DNA from: Paramecium tetraurelia
Taxonomy: Eukaryota
Direction of reading: 5' to 3'
NCBI GenBank assembly: GCA_000165425.1
Contig: CT868330.1
Coordinates: 124,001 to 188,000, forward strand
Length of the DNA: 64,000 bases
Below the pieces are notes generated by a model that worked only from the letters and a program-made list of their open reading frames with translations, was not told the DNA's origin and ran no database searches. This document shows positions 11,771 to 25,087 of the stretch, piece by piece; position 1 is the first letter of the stretch; each line of letters opens with the position of its first letter. The position numbers and the translations under genes are program-made.

Positions 11771-14438
11771 ATGAATGGCAACCAGTTTAAATATCCTGAA
11801 ATAGAAATTATAACTGCAGAGGAAAAGGAATCTAGACAACCAAAATAATAATATATATCGATATGTTTCTGTGTTTTGCTTATCATAATATATTCGGTTC
11901 TATTAGGAATTGAGCAATCATCATCACCATTAATGATTTGCAGCATATCTTATAACATCATAATAACTATTATAATATTCCTCAAGACATCCAAAATTAA
12001 ATACGCATGGACGTTTGCAATGATCTTGTTGAGCAAATTGATAAGTTTAGTGGTCTTATTGTTCTTAGATTAAGAAAACCAAATTATCATAGCTCTCTTG
12101 ATTGATAGCCTGATGCAAGAACCCACTCACATGAATGCTTTGGAATAAACGATTATCAAACTGTGTTCACTTGTTATTGTGTGCATCAACGGAAACCTAC
12201 TATCCATTATAGTTATGAGTTCCATTTTGGTGTTGCAATTGCTTAAAGATTTGCTTTAAAAAATGACATAAACCAAAAAATAATTGAATGCAACATGCGT
12301 AATTCAAAATCAGAATAATTCGTTGTATTCTCATATCGAAAAACAAAATGATGAGATCTGGAAGAATAGAATGCAAACTATACCCATTATTGTCATTATC
12401 ATATCCATGCAAAATCTGTAAATTGTCCATAAAAACTAGTCTTTTTATAATTTCTTCTCCTCCTTTAATAAAACAGAAAAAGAGTTGGAAAATATGGTAA
12501 TGTATCATTTGAGTTTTAATGTTTCCAGTAGTAATCTTGAGGAATAAGATGTCTCCTCGATCAATTAGTTCATCAATCAAATAAGAAAACCTCACACCAT
12601 GACGTTTAATTAGAAAAACTAAGAAACACTTCAAGATATACCCTTAGGTTATCAGTCTTTGAATGATATTGTTTTGAACTTTAAGAGCAAAGTCCAATCC
12701 TCCTTCATAAATCTTCATCATTCTGGCTATTACGAAGTCTCATGCAGATAAAAACTGGAAGATGGATACTATTTATAATTATTCGGATAAATCGTATAAA
12801 ATGAAAAAGACAATGAATTATTAATTTTTTTGAATGATGTTTCAGGCTAAAATGAAATGTAACAAAATATTCTTATTAATGATTTCAAATCCAAAGTAAA
12901 ATCTAACATATATCTAGATCCTTCAATCATTCTCCCATGAACTCAGAACTCCCTTGAATGGAGCCTTGAATTTTTTATCATCCTCTCTCTAAGAACAGAA
13001 GATGCCCCAATCAGTCAAAGATAATTAGATAGAGCCAGCCATCAATTCCTTGAAAATACAACAATATCTGATAAACGACATCATTGACTTTTCTTCCTTT
13101 TATCAAGATCAGATCAAAATTAAACTCAGAGAATTCACCATCTCTGAACTCATTACAGAAATTAGTTCGATGTTTTATTATCAATTCAATACTAAACAAT
13201 TAGCATTCCATGTTGATTTAAAAGAAAACTAATTAAGTTCGTTTTGTACTGATTATAAGAAACTCCTTTAAATTTTGGTTAATCTCATATAAAATTCTTT
13301 AAAATATTCGTTTAAAGGAGGTTGCATTGTTAGACTTATATCATTACCTAATCAGAATATGGTATTTGAAATAGCTGATTAAGGAATAGGTATTCAATAA
13401 GATGTATTATACAAATTACAAGTTATCACAAAGAACGTAGATAAAAATAAAGAATTTGTGAAAGATTGGCATGGTATAGGTTTATTAATTTCTTCTATCA
13501 TTTTATAATATCTAGCTCCTCCAGAAATGACTTTTTTCGATATTAAGTCAGAAGGGGAAAATAAAGGTACACTAATATCATTTTGTATTAAAAACTTTTT
13601 TCGAGTCCCTGCTTCCTAATAGAATATCAAAAACAGTACTTCTAATTTTATGAATGCTGGAAGTGCATCAAGTCAATTCAAATTATCATGTTCCCAATAA
13701 TTACAAGTTAACAGTTCTCTGTTTAATGTTATGGGCACTTTAGTCAAAGCTACAGAATTTCATATAACAAGTACTTAAATCAAGACCTAATACGCTCAAT
13801 TTCCCTCAAAAAAATCTTAAAATGACTCATTCTATTCCGAAAGTAATGATGACTATTTGGAAAGGAGATTGGATGATTTAGAAAGCTTAAGTCCATTTTT
13901 AATAACAGATATCAATAATGTCTATAACAAACTAAAAGATAAATCCTCCAAAGTTATAAATCTAAGGTAAATTAAATAGTTAGAGGAAAGAGAGAGTGAG
14001 CTTTTTATGACTGGATTGAATAGTCTAAAAAAATGTAATTGTATGAGGATTTTGAGTGTTGATGATGAAATCTTCAATTAAAAGTCTTTATAAGTTTTGA
14101 TATCCAAAATGGGATTTGAAGTTGTGTTAGCTTTTAATGGGTTATAAGCAATTTAAGTAGTGTAAGGATTATAAAAATGCTGTTCCTCATGTAATTTGCT
14201 GTCTTTAATTTTGATGGATTATTAGATGCCAATTATGAATGGGATTGAAGCTACTAAATAATTGATAAGCATGATGAATAAATCTTAAATTCCTTATATT
14301 TAAATTGTTGGATTGACAGCTTTCACTGGTACAAAGGATATTGACAATTGTTTGAAAGCAGGGATGCATGAAGTATTGGCTAAGCCTTTAAATATATAAG
14401 AATTGAAACATATTTTATTATGTGTATTTAAGAAATGA
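11771..14438 (+). CDS. Membrane hybrid histidine kinase (TM - HisKA - HATPase - receiver)
   Basis: N-terminal TM segments. H-box SFSHELRTPLNG (His codon 12936-12938, after intron 12896-12917); NLIQNSLKY; ADQGIGI; GIGLLIS; receiver ILSVDDE...LILMDYQMPIMNG...AKP. Start uncertain (11771 vs 11624). Confidence 0.9.
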
Positions 14439-14481
14439 TGATAGTGGAATACTGTATATGATTTTATAAGTATACTTCATA

Positions 14482-15122
14482 TCAAAACTATTATTATTAT
14501 TGTTATTATTGGATTTTTACATCATCAACCTTCTCAATTAAATCCTTCTTGATGATTTAGAAAAAGTCGTTTACTTCAGGAGAATTCTTCGATGCTCTGC
14601 CATATTTTAGATATTTACTTGATCAATTCAACCACAGTTAATCTATTCTCCTTTTCAAAATATTTAGTGGCAAACACAGTCAATTCTTCATTGTTGATTT
14701 CACTTGAAATAGAGTATATTTTAAAAGTGGCACTCATGCAACAGTATATCATGAATTCAATGTCAGTAGGTGATAAAGATTCCAACTCATTGAAATCAAA
14801 CAAATCAAAGAGAACTAGAAATGAATAAATTATCAATTTTACATCTAATCTTATCATCGAATTTAGTATCACTAAATATACAAATACCACTAAATAATTC
14901 TAAACTATCTATTAAGCCATTATTATCTGTATCCCAAATAACAAAGGCACTTTCACTAGCTCCAAATATATGTTCAAATTCTGACAAGTCCATTGAGAAG
15001 TTGTCACATATTGATTTAAAAGAAGCATGATAATCCCTCAATTTGGAAAGCGTTACATTCAATAAAGGACTTGTGTTTTTTCTGAAGGAATTCATTTTTA
15101 CAGTTGTTATATGGCTACCCAT
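14482..15122 (-). CDS. EF-hand Ca2+-binding protein (calcineurin-B/NCS-like)
   Basis: Starts MGSHITT. EF loop WDTDNNGLIDSLE; KIRFLFDLFDFNELESLSPTDIE after splicing; TGA at 14482-14484. Confidence 0.85.
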
Positions 15123-15826
15123 ATTTAATATAAAAATTTGTTTATTAAATATTCTCAATTCATATGAATTAAAGAATGGAAATGAAATTTTATTTTGTAT
15201 TAGAAATACTCTAATGTAGAATTAAATGATAGTATACATGTTGTGAACAATGGTTTATAACATTTTAAATATATAAATAAGTTTTGATAGGTTTAAAAAA
15301 ATGAATACATTGCTTAACTAATTCTTATAGGCGATTGTACGAAGTGTCTAATACGAAATTGTTATCAGAAATGAAATTAATAATTTAATACAAAAATAAA
15401 TTTCTTGTTCAGAATTAATTTAATTATGCCTTTAAAGGGAAAATTATATTTAAAGAAATTTATTTATTTAATTAAATCAAATAATTAATACTAAAATCCA
15501 ATTTTTTATTCTAAACAGACAATATGTATTTCTATTAAAATGGTTAGAAGAGCAATAATAAGATTATCCTCAAATATATGCTATGAAATACTATATTGCC
15601 TTTTTTGAATATATTCCGAGCTTATTAAGTTAAAAACATAAAGGAAAAAATTTGTCTCACTTTTTTATATTAAAATCTAAAAAAATGTCTCACTCATATG
15701 AATTATCTTTTTATATCATTAGTAAAAACTTCTGAAAAATTTTGTATTATCGTACAAATATATTGACTCATAAATTTGAAAATGTACAAAATTTTTAATA
15801 TAAATTTAATAACAACATAAAATAAT

Positions 15827-16675
15827 TCAATCATCTTCTAAAGAGTCCTCCTCTTCTTCAGATTCATCTTCATCTCCTTCAAAGTCATCATCCTCATCAT
15901 CAACCTTTAATCCTAAATAGGTGAATAAAGCTTTAGGAATGATTTAATTGACAAATTAAGATCCCAATTCATAGTCAAATTGTTGTCTCTCAATTTTTTC
16001 ATCTTCGTTGTTAATTGAATCCACTTCTTCAAAGAAATGGAAAAAGGTTGGGGCTTTTTCTTCCTTTTCAATATCTCTAGTTTATCCAGTTTTCTTATTT
16101 TTTTACTTGCGTTTAACAATCTTCTTGGTGATGTTTTTACCTTCCTTCCATTTAATTTGTGATCCCTTTTATTTAGTAGGCAATTCATCATCAGAGTCTT
16201 CGAAAACATATGCTTTAGTTAAGATGCATGCCTCAAAATGATCATTATCTCCAAACTCAAATTTCAATGTGAAATCTTTGCCATTTTCTCCTAATTCAAC
16301 ATTCACTGATTGTAAATGTTTAAAGATTTCTTTGTCTGCTTCTGAGATTAATTTTCCTGTCAAACTATTATTCATCAAAACTTGTCCCCAATAATTTTAG
16401 AGTGGTGATGCTTAGATATCCTTGACTTCTATTTAGTATGTATTTGCATCTTTAATTTCATCTTCTGTAGGAGCTCTGAGACCTTTGATGATGGCATTAA
16501 TTTCATTTTATAAAGGAATCACACTTCTCAAATACTCTGTCTAGAGTTGTCGTACTTTCTTGGAAACTTGTTTCTCTGAATCTGCCCATTTGTTAAGATG
16601 ATGCTAGATTGCAACGGCTGTTGGTTATTATTTTGGAGGAAGTTGTTTGATTGCTTCTAAAATAGTTGTGTCCAT
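15827..16675 (-). CDS. Nucleosome assembly protein (NAP1/SET family)
   Basis: NYWGQVLMNN...ISEADKEIFKHLQSV...FTLKFEFGDNDHFEACILTKAY...IKWKEGKNIT...TFFHFF and an acidic tail. Confidence 0.9.
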
Positions 16676-16718
16676 AAATTAAAATGAAAAATTAATTCAA
16701 TTAATACTATTATCTAAA

Positions 16719-18488
16719 TCAGAAACCTTTAATTTAAACTTTGAAAATAGAGTCTAAAAATTAAATCGCTGTAATTGTTAAGAATCAGAAAAAATTTCCA
16801 ATTCCAAATAAAGTCTCTGTCTGGTAGTTAAAAGGATATCGCAATATTTTAGTGCTTCCTATATTACATATGTGGAATTACATTAAAATCTTCATATTCA
16901 CATTGATTATTCCCCAAGTACTTTTTTTTAATGTTGAATTATTTAATTGCAGATTCCATCCCCTAGTTGTATTTGTGAAACAATTGGCAAAAATACTCAT
17001 ACATCTATTGTTTCTCTAAAGCATCAAACAAATTGAATTCGCCCAATAATTTCTTATATACAGATTTAATTATAATCTTCGTTTATGTTCTTTGCTAATC
17101 ATAGAGAATATGATCTTCAGTGTTGTCCTCAATCAAATATCTGGCTAAAAGACTCGATTCGTCCTCAGTTAGTTCAAACGGTGCTTTCTACAATCGTAAT
17201 TACATTTCCTCTAAAGTTAAAAACTCATCATCATCTTCACACAAAATTTATTCTTATGTTTCATAATCAATATTATTGCTCAACAACTTTATTTTTAAAT
17301 TGCTAACGATCTCTTTGATGTCATAAGAATTTACTTTTGAACATTGTTTTTTATTCGTAAAACCCAATTGTAATTGCAATTTCTAAGGACTATTATTACT
17401 CCTAGGACTACCATAAATTGTCATTGCTTATTTAAGTCCTATTGATTAGAGGGAACCTTCTTAAGATTACTCGTGATCATCTCTCTTCTAATTCAATTCC
17501 TCTATCTACTTTTTTAGCATGTTTAATCTATCCTACAATTTCTCCTTCTCTTTACTCTCCATTGATTTAAATACATCATAATTATGCTATAACTCTCCAT
17601 TTTTTTGTTCCAATTCTTCTATTAGTTTTTTATTTTATTGTAATTATTTAGCTTAATTTTAGACCTATTATTACAATTCATCTATCTTTTTCAAATAATC
17701 TTCAGATGGAGTTTACTTTTTAGTGTTTTACATCTCTTATCTCATATACATCATATGTTTATTCACAGATTCGAATTGCTTCTCTAATTCCTTCAACCTA
17801 TTCGTCAATCTATCCTTCTCATTCTTGATTGATAATTAATTCTATTGTAAACCGTGATTCTCCTATTACAAACTGAGAATCATTTATGATAAATTCAAGT
17901 TGTCTTGTTTGTAGGCTTAAACCAAATTAATTTGAATTTGATCCTTTAATGATTAATTAACCATCAAGGTTTCGTTTGCATCTTGATTGCATTTGCTACT
18001 AATGTATAACTATAATTTTTGATATGCTTCTTTTTATTCTTCTAATTCTGCTTCCAATTCTTTGTTCTTAGTCCTCTCAGGATTGCGCTTCAATTGAAAA
18101 ACCTAATCCTCAAGTTCTTTGATTAGCTTATCCTAATCCTTGATTCTCACTCTCTAAGACAAGATTACTTGAAACTGTCTAAATGATTCACATTATTACA
18201 TCTTTTTAAGTTTCATTAGTTTTCTGCACTTGTTTCTCAAAATTGGCATGTTCTTGTCTCTCCTTCTTCAATTCAAATTTCACCTGTTGCAATTCCTTCT
18301 TCAACTTCAGGTTTTCCTCATACAATCCCTCCTTATCATAAAGCATCTATTAGGGCATTTGCCTATGCAAATAGAGATTTCACTTACCTATTTTTCTTAT
18401 TTTCCTTAATTCTAAATGAAGTACTACTATTATCATAAAGTTTCGATTATTATTGAGATGATGTGAGGCTGGTTAATGGCCTTTACAT
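16719..18488 (-). CDS. Coiled-coil protein of unknown function
   Basis: Starts MQRPLTS; long E/K/Q-rich heptad region (LYEENLKLKKELQQ...); ends ...KVQIKGF-TGA after small introns. Start is inferred. Confidence 0.65.
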
Positions 18489-18811
18489 AAAACAATTTAA
18501 TGATAAAATAAAATAAAAAACCTTATAGAAATAATTCACAACTCCTTCTATTTAGTTATTTCTCTTTGGGAAATAATTGTTTTGATTCATCATCTTATTG
18601 ATGTTTTCAGCTTCCAATAATTTGCTAGTATTTTGTAAAGGAACTAAAAATTATAAAACCTTTTAGACACTAGTAGAAATAATTAAATATTCAATTAATT
18701 GATAGTCAATAAATGATACAAAACTCATTAGCAATGAAACCTATTAATATATCTATATAACATATCAATTATACTTATTAATACTACTTTGGTATATATT
18801 TTATTAAGAAT

Positions 18812-19663
18812 TCATTATGATTATTATGATTATAATTCAATTTAATAAAAATATGGCCATTGTTTACCACCTAATATTAAATTGCCATCTTTATAGGCTA
18901 TCCCATTTAATACCTTGTTAAACATAGGGTCTGCATATCCCTTACCCTTCACACTCTCTACATCCTAGATCAATGCAGTAAAGTCAAGAATGTCAATTAA
19001 CTTTCCGTCATGTGGATCTATTTAGGCAATAAAAGGGGTTTCATAAATGTTTGCTAAAATTGTTCCATCTCCAATAATTTCTAGTTCATTTAATTTATTG
19101 AGATCACTTCCATTCTCCAAACGAACACTTACAGTTTTCTTCACTTTAAAATCGCTTGGGTCTAAATGATACAATCTATTTGTTCCATCAGAAATTAACA
19201 ATATGTCTTCATCATCGCTATTCCTATAAGATGTCATTCCCCACCCTTCCTAGATTTCTCCTGGGATTTCTAATTCCTAAACCAATTGCAAATTGCTATT
19301 CAATAGAAATGCTTTTCTCTCTTTCCAAGTTAACATATAGATCTCATCTTTTCCGTTTTTGTTTTTTATTTTTGAACACCCCTCCCCAAAATATTATTTG
19401 CCAATGGGCTATCGTGCTTTCAGTCCAATATTCTATTTATCAAATATATTGTCAATGTAATGTATCTCGGAATCTCCATACAACCCTGTGCTCTCCAATA
19501 ACATGTCATCTGCAATAAATGTCAGACCTTCTGTAAAGAAAAGCAAGTCATTTGGTCTCTATATTCTATCCTTTATTATATATGAGACCTTGTCAGATGC
19601 CTTAAAAACTGTAGGATCTTGACAATATGATAAAAATAGTAGCGAAAAGAAAATTAAATACAT
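18812..19663 (-). CDS. Secreted glutaminyl-peptide cyclotransferase, plant/bacterial beta-propeller type
   Basis: Signal peptide MYLIFFSLLFLSYC. Family motifs FTEGL, FGEG, LTW, EGWGMT, ISDGT, LNELE, ANIY, VLNGIAY, GKQWP. Confidence 0.9.
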
Positions 19664-19974
19664 ATTTAATAATAATAATTCATTATAAACAACATCTGAA
19701 TTTCACAAAGATATTTTATATATATTATATTTAAAAGAATAGATCACTGTTTCATTTTTTAAGGGTGATTCATGGTTCTGAAATAATTAAGATGGCTAAT
19801 CATTCAGAATTTGAATTCAAAAATCAAAAGATAAAGCTAAATCCTCAAAATGTTCTTTATATATTGTGCATTGGAGGTTGTAAAAAACGAAGAACCCTAG
19901 AAAACTGAGTAATTTGAATTAAATTTAAATAATAAAGCGTATATCTTGGAATTAAGTGGAGAAATATCAGAGAT

Positions 19975-20048
19975 GCCCTTGTAGCTCAGTTGGTTAGAGC
20001 GCGAGTCTCATAATCTCGAGGTCGTGGGATCGACCCCCACCAAAGGCA
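19975..20048 (+). tRNA. tRNA-Met(CAT), elongator-type stems
   Basis: Cloverleaf GCCCTTG-TA-GCTC(AGTTGGTTA)GAGC-G-CGAGT(CTCATAA)TCTCG-AGGTC-GTGGG(ATCGACC)CCCAC-CAAAGGC-A. Confidence 0.93.
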
Positions 20049-20050
20049 TA

Positions 20051-20059
20051 TTTTTTTTT
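20051..20059 (+). terminator. RNA polymerase III oligo-T terminator
   Basis: T9 run immediately 3' of the tRNA. Confidence 0.8.
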
Positions 20060-20112
20060 ATTAAAATGAGGTTCTGTTATTAAGTTTTTAAAGAATAAAT
20101 ATATTATTAATA

Positions 20113-21262
20113 ATGTAAAAGGTGTTGAGATTCAACTTTGGGGCATTGTAAAGACCAAAATTGCACATTTTTGATAATGGTAGTAAACATACACCATCTG
20201 GAATCAGGGCTACAATTCATGGGGGTACCAGTTTTTCAGGGATTTACATGGGTGGTATGCTTGGAAATATAGGATCAGAATTAATATTTCCTCACAATCA
20301 CTAGTAAGGATTAAATTTAGATGAAGATATAATTATGAAGATCATGTTAGAGAATTGAAGACAACATCAGGACCTGGTTAAAATTGGTTATTGCACGATA
20401 TGAATTATGATAACAAAGAGATGATAGAGTGGACAATGAAGAATTCAAATGTTGTTGTTAATTTATTGGGACCAAGAAAGCATTTAAAGAACAGAAAGGA
20501 TTTTGAATGGATCAATATCACAGTGCCCAAAAGGATAGCTGAGGCATGTGCTAAAAACCCAGGAGTGATCAGATTGATTCATTTTTCTGCTTGTGGAGCC
20601 AATCCTCATGCTTAGTCTTTGGATTTACAGACTAAATACATAGGAGAATAGGAGGTAGAGCAAAAGATTAAAATAGGTCTTAAATGCCTTTCCAAATGCC
20701 ACTATTTTCAGACCAAGTGTAATGGTTGGAGATAATGATGATTTCGCTTATCATTGGTAGGTTCAAAAGAGATACTTCCATAATTTTAATATTGTGCCAG
20801 ATAATTGCTAAGCAAAAAGACAACCTGTAAGTGATGTTTAAATATAATTAGATCTTTGTTCAAGATGTAGCATAAGCTATGTTAAATGCTTTAAAAATGC
20901 CTGAAACCATTGGACAAACATATGAATTGGGAGGTCCTCATGTGTATACTTTGTTGGAATGTTACGAGATGTTTCATAATATTGTTCAGAGACCACCAAA
21001 ATTGGCTCATGTGGACAAGCAATTATTATTAAAAATTGGTAAATATGAGATATTATATGAATTAGCTTAATATATTCCAAATTGGAAGTATTTCAATATA
21101 GATTACATCTTAAAGCATGGAGACGATATGGTAGTTTAAGCTGGATCAAAAACAATAGATGAATTATGCGTTAGACCATTGTCATTAACACAAGCACTCC
21201 AAAATATCTTCTGGGATATCCAAGCTCGTTATGGTGGATCAAGTGAATTATATGAAAGATGA
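20113..21262 (+). CDS. NDUFA9: Complex I 39-kDa subunit (NDUFA9-like, SDR fold)
   Basis: SGIRATIHGGTSFSG, SNVVVNLLG, RLIHFSACGA, FPNATIFRPSVMVG, QPIFVQDVAQA, GQTYELGGP; four tiny introns. Confidence 0.88.
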
Positions 21263-21315
21263 TTTGGCATGTTGGGTTATTGAAAAAAACGATTAGAAAT
21301 AATAATAATATTTAT

Positions 21316-23805
21316 TCATAAATATCTCTTGAGTATTTCTTGAAGTTCTGTTTCGGTGACAGGTTTGGTGATATAATCTGACATTCCTGCATCGAGACAT
21401 TTCTTTTTCTCTTAGTTATCTGTATAACCACTACAACCTATTATGATCTGGCTGGGATGAAAAGCCAATATTTATTTAGTAGTTTGTATTCCATTCATAA
21501 TGGGCATTTCTACATCCATGAATATTAGTTTGTATCCTTGGCATGAATTGTTGTTACACTTCTTGTTTTTCACTTTATCGATGGTCTCCTTACCAGATAG
21601 AGCAGTCTCTATATCAATTGATTAAAAATTGTTTTTCAGAACTCCCTGTAGAATTTAATTGAAGGTGTAGGCATTGAAGAATTCATCATCAACAATCAAA
21701 CAATGAGAACATTTCGAAATAGCATCTCGAGTTATTTTCTATTATTCACGATTGAATGTTAGTATTTCATCAACTTCCTGATACAGAGGATAGATTTCAG
21801 GAATTTTAAAACTAGCCACTCTCTTTTTTTCTGTCTATTCTATTAACATATCGAAATAAAATAAGGAATAATGATTGTCTTGATCCTTTCTCGATTCTAT
21901 GTTCAATCCACTGCATCCTATAGTCAACGCAATCTGATTGCTAATAACTAACCCTAACCCTACGCCTTATTCATTTAATTTCCTGCTTTCTTCCGAATTT
22001 ACCTTAGAAAATGCCTTAAACAACATCTACTAATCCTCTTTACTGATCCCAATTCCATCATCTCTAACTCCAATTCTCAACGAAGCAGACTAAAGCGAGA
22101 CAATGATTTCTACTTTGCTATAAGTGAATTTGAAAGCATTGCTTAGCAGATTGACAATAATTTGTTTCAACCTATTCTAATCTGATACAACGAACTTTGG
22201 GATATTGTCACCAATATTTTTGACTAATTACAGATTCTTCAATTTAGCTTTTAAAGTGAACATTTTCATGCAATCATTAATTAGATTTTCAAAATAGAAA
22301 GATACCTTCTTTATTTTGAATTTTCCATTCTTTATTTAAGCCAAATCCAATAAATCATTGGACAAATTCAACATGTATTTCGAATTGTCCAATGCTATTT
22401 GCAGATTATCTGCTATGTCTGTATTTGAGGTTATGATTGGCTACATTAGCACACATTCAATCATCTAAATAATACAGCTTAATGGTTGCCGATATTCATG
22501 ACTCACAAATGACAACATCTTTGATTTCTAAATGTCGTAATCTCTCAAATATCTTATTTTTTATCTATGTGTTACATCTCTACAAATTATCAAAATGCTT
22601 CGATCCCTTGTAAGAGTTAAAGTGAATTCAATCAATCTTTCACTCTATTCTTGTCTCGATTAGCCTCCCCCATTAGATTGAGAAGTTGTTATGTTTTTAT
22701 TTGTATTTAATTGAATACTGCCACTAAAATGTGTATTCACTGTTATAACATCTGGTTTCTTTGTCTTTATCATTTTCTCAAGTAACTCCTTCATACTTAT
22801 TGTTTGATATTTCTCGAACATTTGACAATCTAATAATGGTTACTTAACTGAAGTAAACAAGTCCTTTTATAAAAAGATGGATTTGCTAATACGAGAATAC
22901 TGTAAATTTGATAATCTTTATTATATGTTGGGATCATCCAAGACGTCTTAACTCTAAACATGCAATGTATTGAAACTCTCCAAAATATATAGAATCTCTC
23001 CGTCCTATTCTCTACCAAATAAACCTCTAGTCGCATTATTCATGTATTGTATCTTGAACTATTAAGTCTTTTCATCTATTATGTCTAATACTATGAGACC
23101 TTCTTGTAAGATTTCAAGTGAATTATAAATTATTTCTGAATTGATATAATGTTATTATATGTTGCTAAAATTATTGCATAACATTCCTTGGCTTTCCTTT
23201 GATTGGTCTAAAATCAAATTTTTAACACTGTCAACTACTGAAACGGCTCTCTTTCCTAAACTTTCTAATTTCTGAATTGGTCCTATCTCCATTGGCATCG
23301 TCGTATTCAACTAACTTTAATTTTTGTTTTTCAATAATATGCTATCTAATAAGGACACCAATAAACATAGCATCAATTGTGGGTACTATAATAGAAACTC
23401 ATTCTGAGTATGCAAGTATATTTATTGAAATGCACATACAACTGCTATCAAACCATAATACATGGACATCATGCTTATTGAATACTAGTTTTGTGCATGT
23501 ACCTTCTTGATGAGATCTTTCGAAATGTTTTAACTTATTATTAATTAAGCATATGAAGCATGGTTTAAGTTTTATTAATTCAGAATTATAAGGCATATCA
23601 AGTCTATTTGTATACAAAATATGGTTCCAATGATTTATGTACGCATTTTGGCATATTAAAATACTATTACCACTGGAAATACTAAGCATATAATTCCCAA
23701 ACATATTAAATTAGTTGAATTTCTATCCGAAATATAGAAATAAATGGAGTAACAAAACGACATCCAATGAATTGCTTGTACTTTCAAAAAGGATCTGTCT
23801 ATCAT
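21316..23805 (-). CDS. Membrane hybrid histidine kinase
   Basis: N-terminal TMs. H-box SFVSHEYRQPL (~22500); DQNRLKQIIVNLLSNAFKFT; DDGIGIS; GVGLGLVIS; receiver CLIVDDEFFN...IFMDVEMPIMNG...TKP. Confidence 0.92.
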
Positions 23806-25087
23806 ATTATAATGTCCTTAGCTTTGGATAAAATATTAATATAAAAACTTATTATTTCACAATTTAAAAATATCAATTTATATTTTAAGGCCTTTCTTTT
23901 CATCTTCCTCAAAGTTTCTTACAATGTTGATCAATGCTACCTACTTAATTTCTAATTGAAAATATTCCAAATTTTTGTTATATATTTTGAATCTGGGTTA
24001 TAATAAAAAACATAGAAATTCCCATCTCCAAGAGGTATCTCAAACCCCAAATTTCTGAACCAACCACCAAGGCAAATTGATACTTTAGAGACATAATTTA
24101 GAAAGTTATTTTATATCTAAAAATTCAAAATAATATAAATAATTATTCTAAATAATACTTTAAACAATTCCTAAATAAAATAAAATGGAAATTATATATA
24201 TCAATGTTTAATATATATTATTATGATGATTCCGACATGGTATACTTATACTACAGTTTGATTTCTTTATACAATTCTTCTTGATCAATTGAAATCTTCT
24301 GAATTTAAATATAAATAAAACATATGAATTCATATTCTAATCTCTATCTCTCTTTTTGCCTTTTATACCCAGATATTGTATTATGCATTAAGCAGCTTTT
24401 GAATTTGATATGCTTTATTTAGTTACTAAATTTTAAACAAACTGTTATTCCAGTGTAAAGCTACTCTTCTTCTGACTTGAACATTTTGATTGCTTTCAAT
24501 ATAAGGATAGTTTAATTTTATTCATTTTATATTAATTTAACTTTATAATCAGTATCTACAATAATTTGAATTTGTTCAACTCATCATTGTTTAGTCTATG
24601 GCGATAATTACTTTTTTGTAAAATTCATGACAAATTTTATCATCTCATAAGTTAAAATTAGTGGCTTTAAATCATCTCATAAAAATAAGCTTCTAAAAAC
24701 AAAATCTGAAATATAGTATTATAAATCTCATTAGAAGTACTCTTTTTTAAATTAGAGGATAATATTTATTAAATTTTATTATCTCTTATCAATTTAGAGA
24801 ATTCGTTATAAAACTTATAATAAAGGATAAGGAATAATTTATATCAAATTATTATCTTCTTAATGATTTATATTTCTATCAACACATGCATTTGAATATT
24901 TTCTATTAAATTAGATCTATATTATTATTTGTAAGTTTTTGATTCTTATGTAACACAGCATGTTAATGTTATATTTTAGAGTTGAACATCTTATTCAAAG
25001 GATAAATTACAAGTACACAGAAGATCGATGTGAAATAATGTAATTAAAATCAGAATGGTCTTAGTACCTTAGTTTCATTACACTTAG

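Noticed and set aside
12200..12634. 144-aa minus-strand ORF
   Set aside because: Antisense to histidine kinase 1, with no motifs.
23900..24094. Short minus-strand ORF MSLKYQFALVVGSEIWG...
   Set aside because: About 60 codons with no recognisable motif; cannot be told from chance or a remnant.
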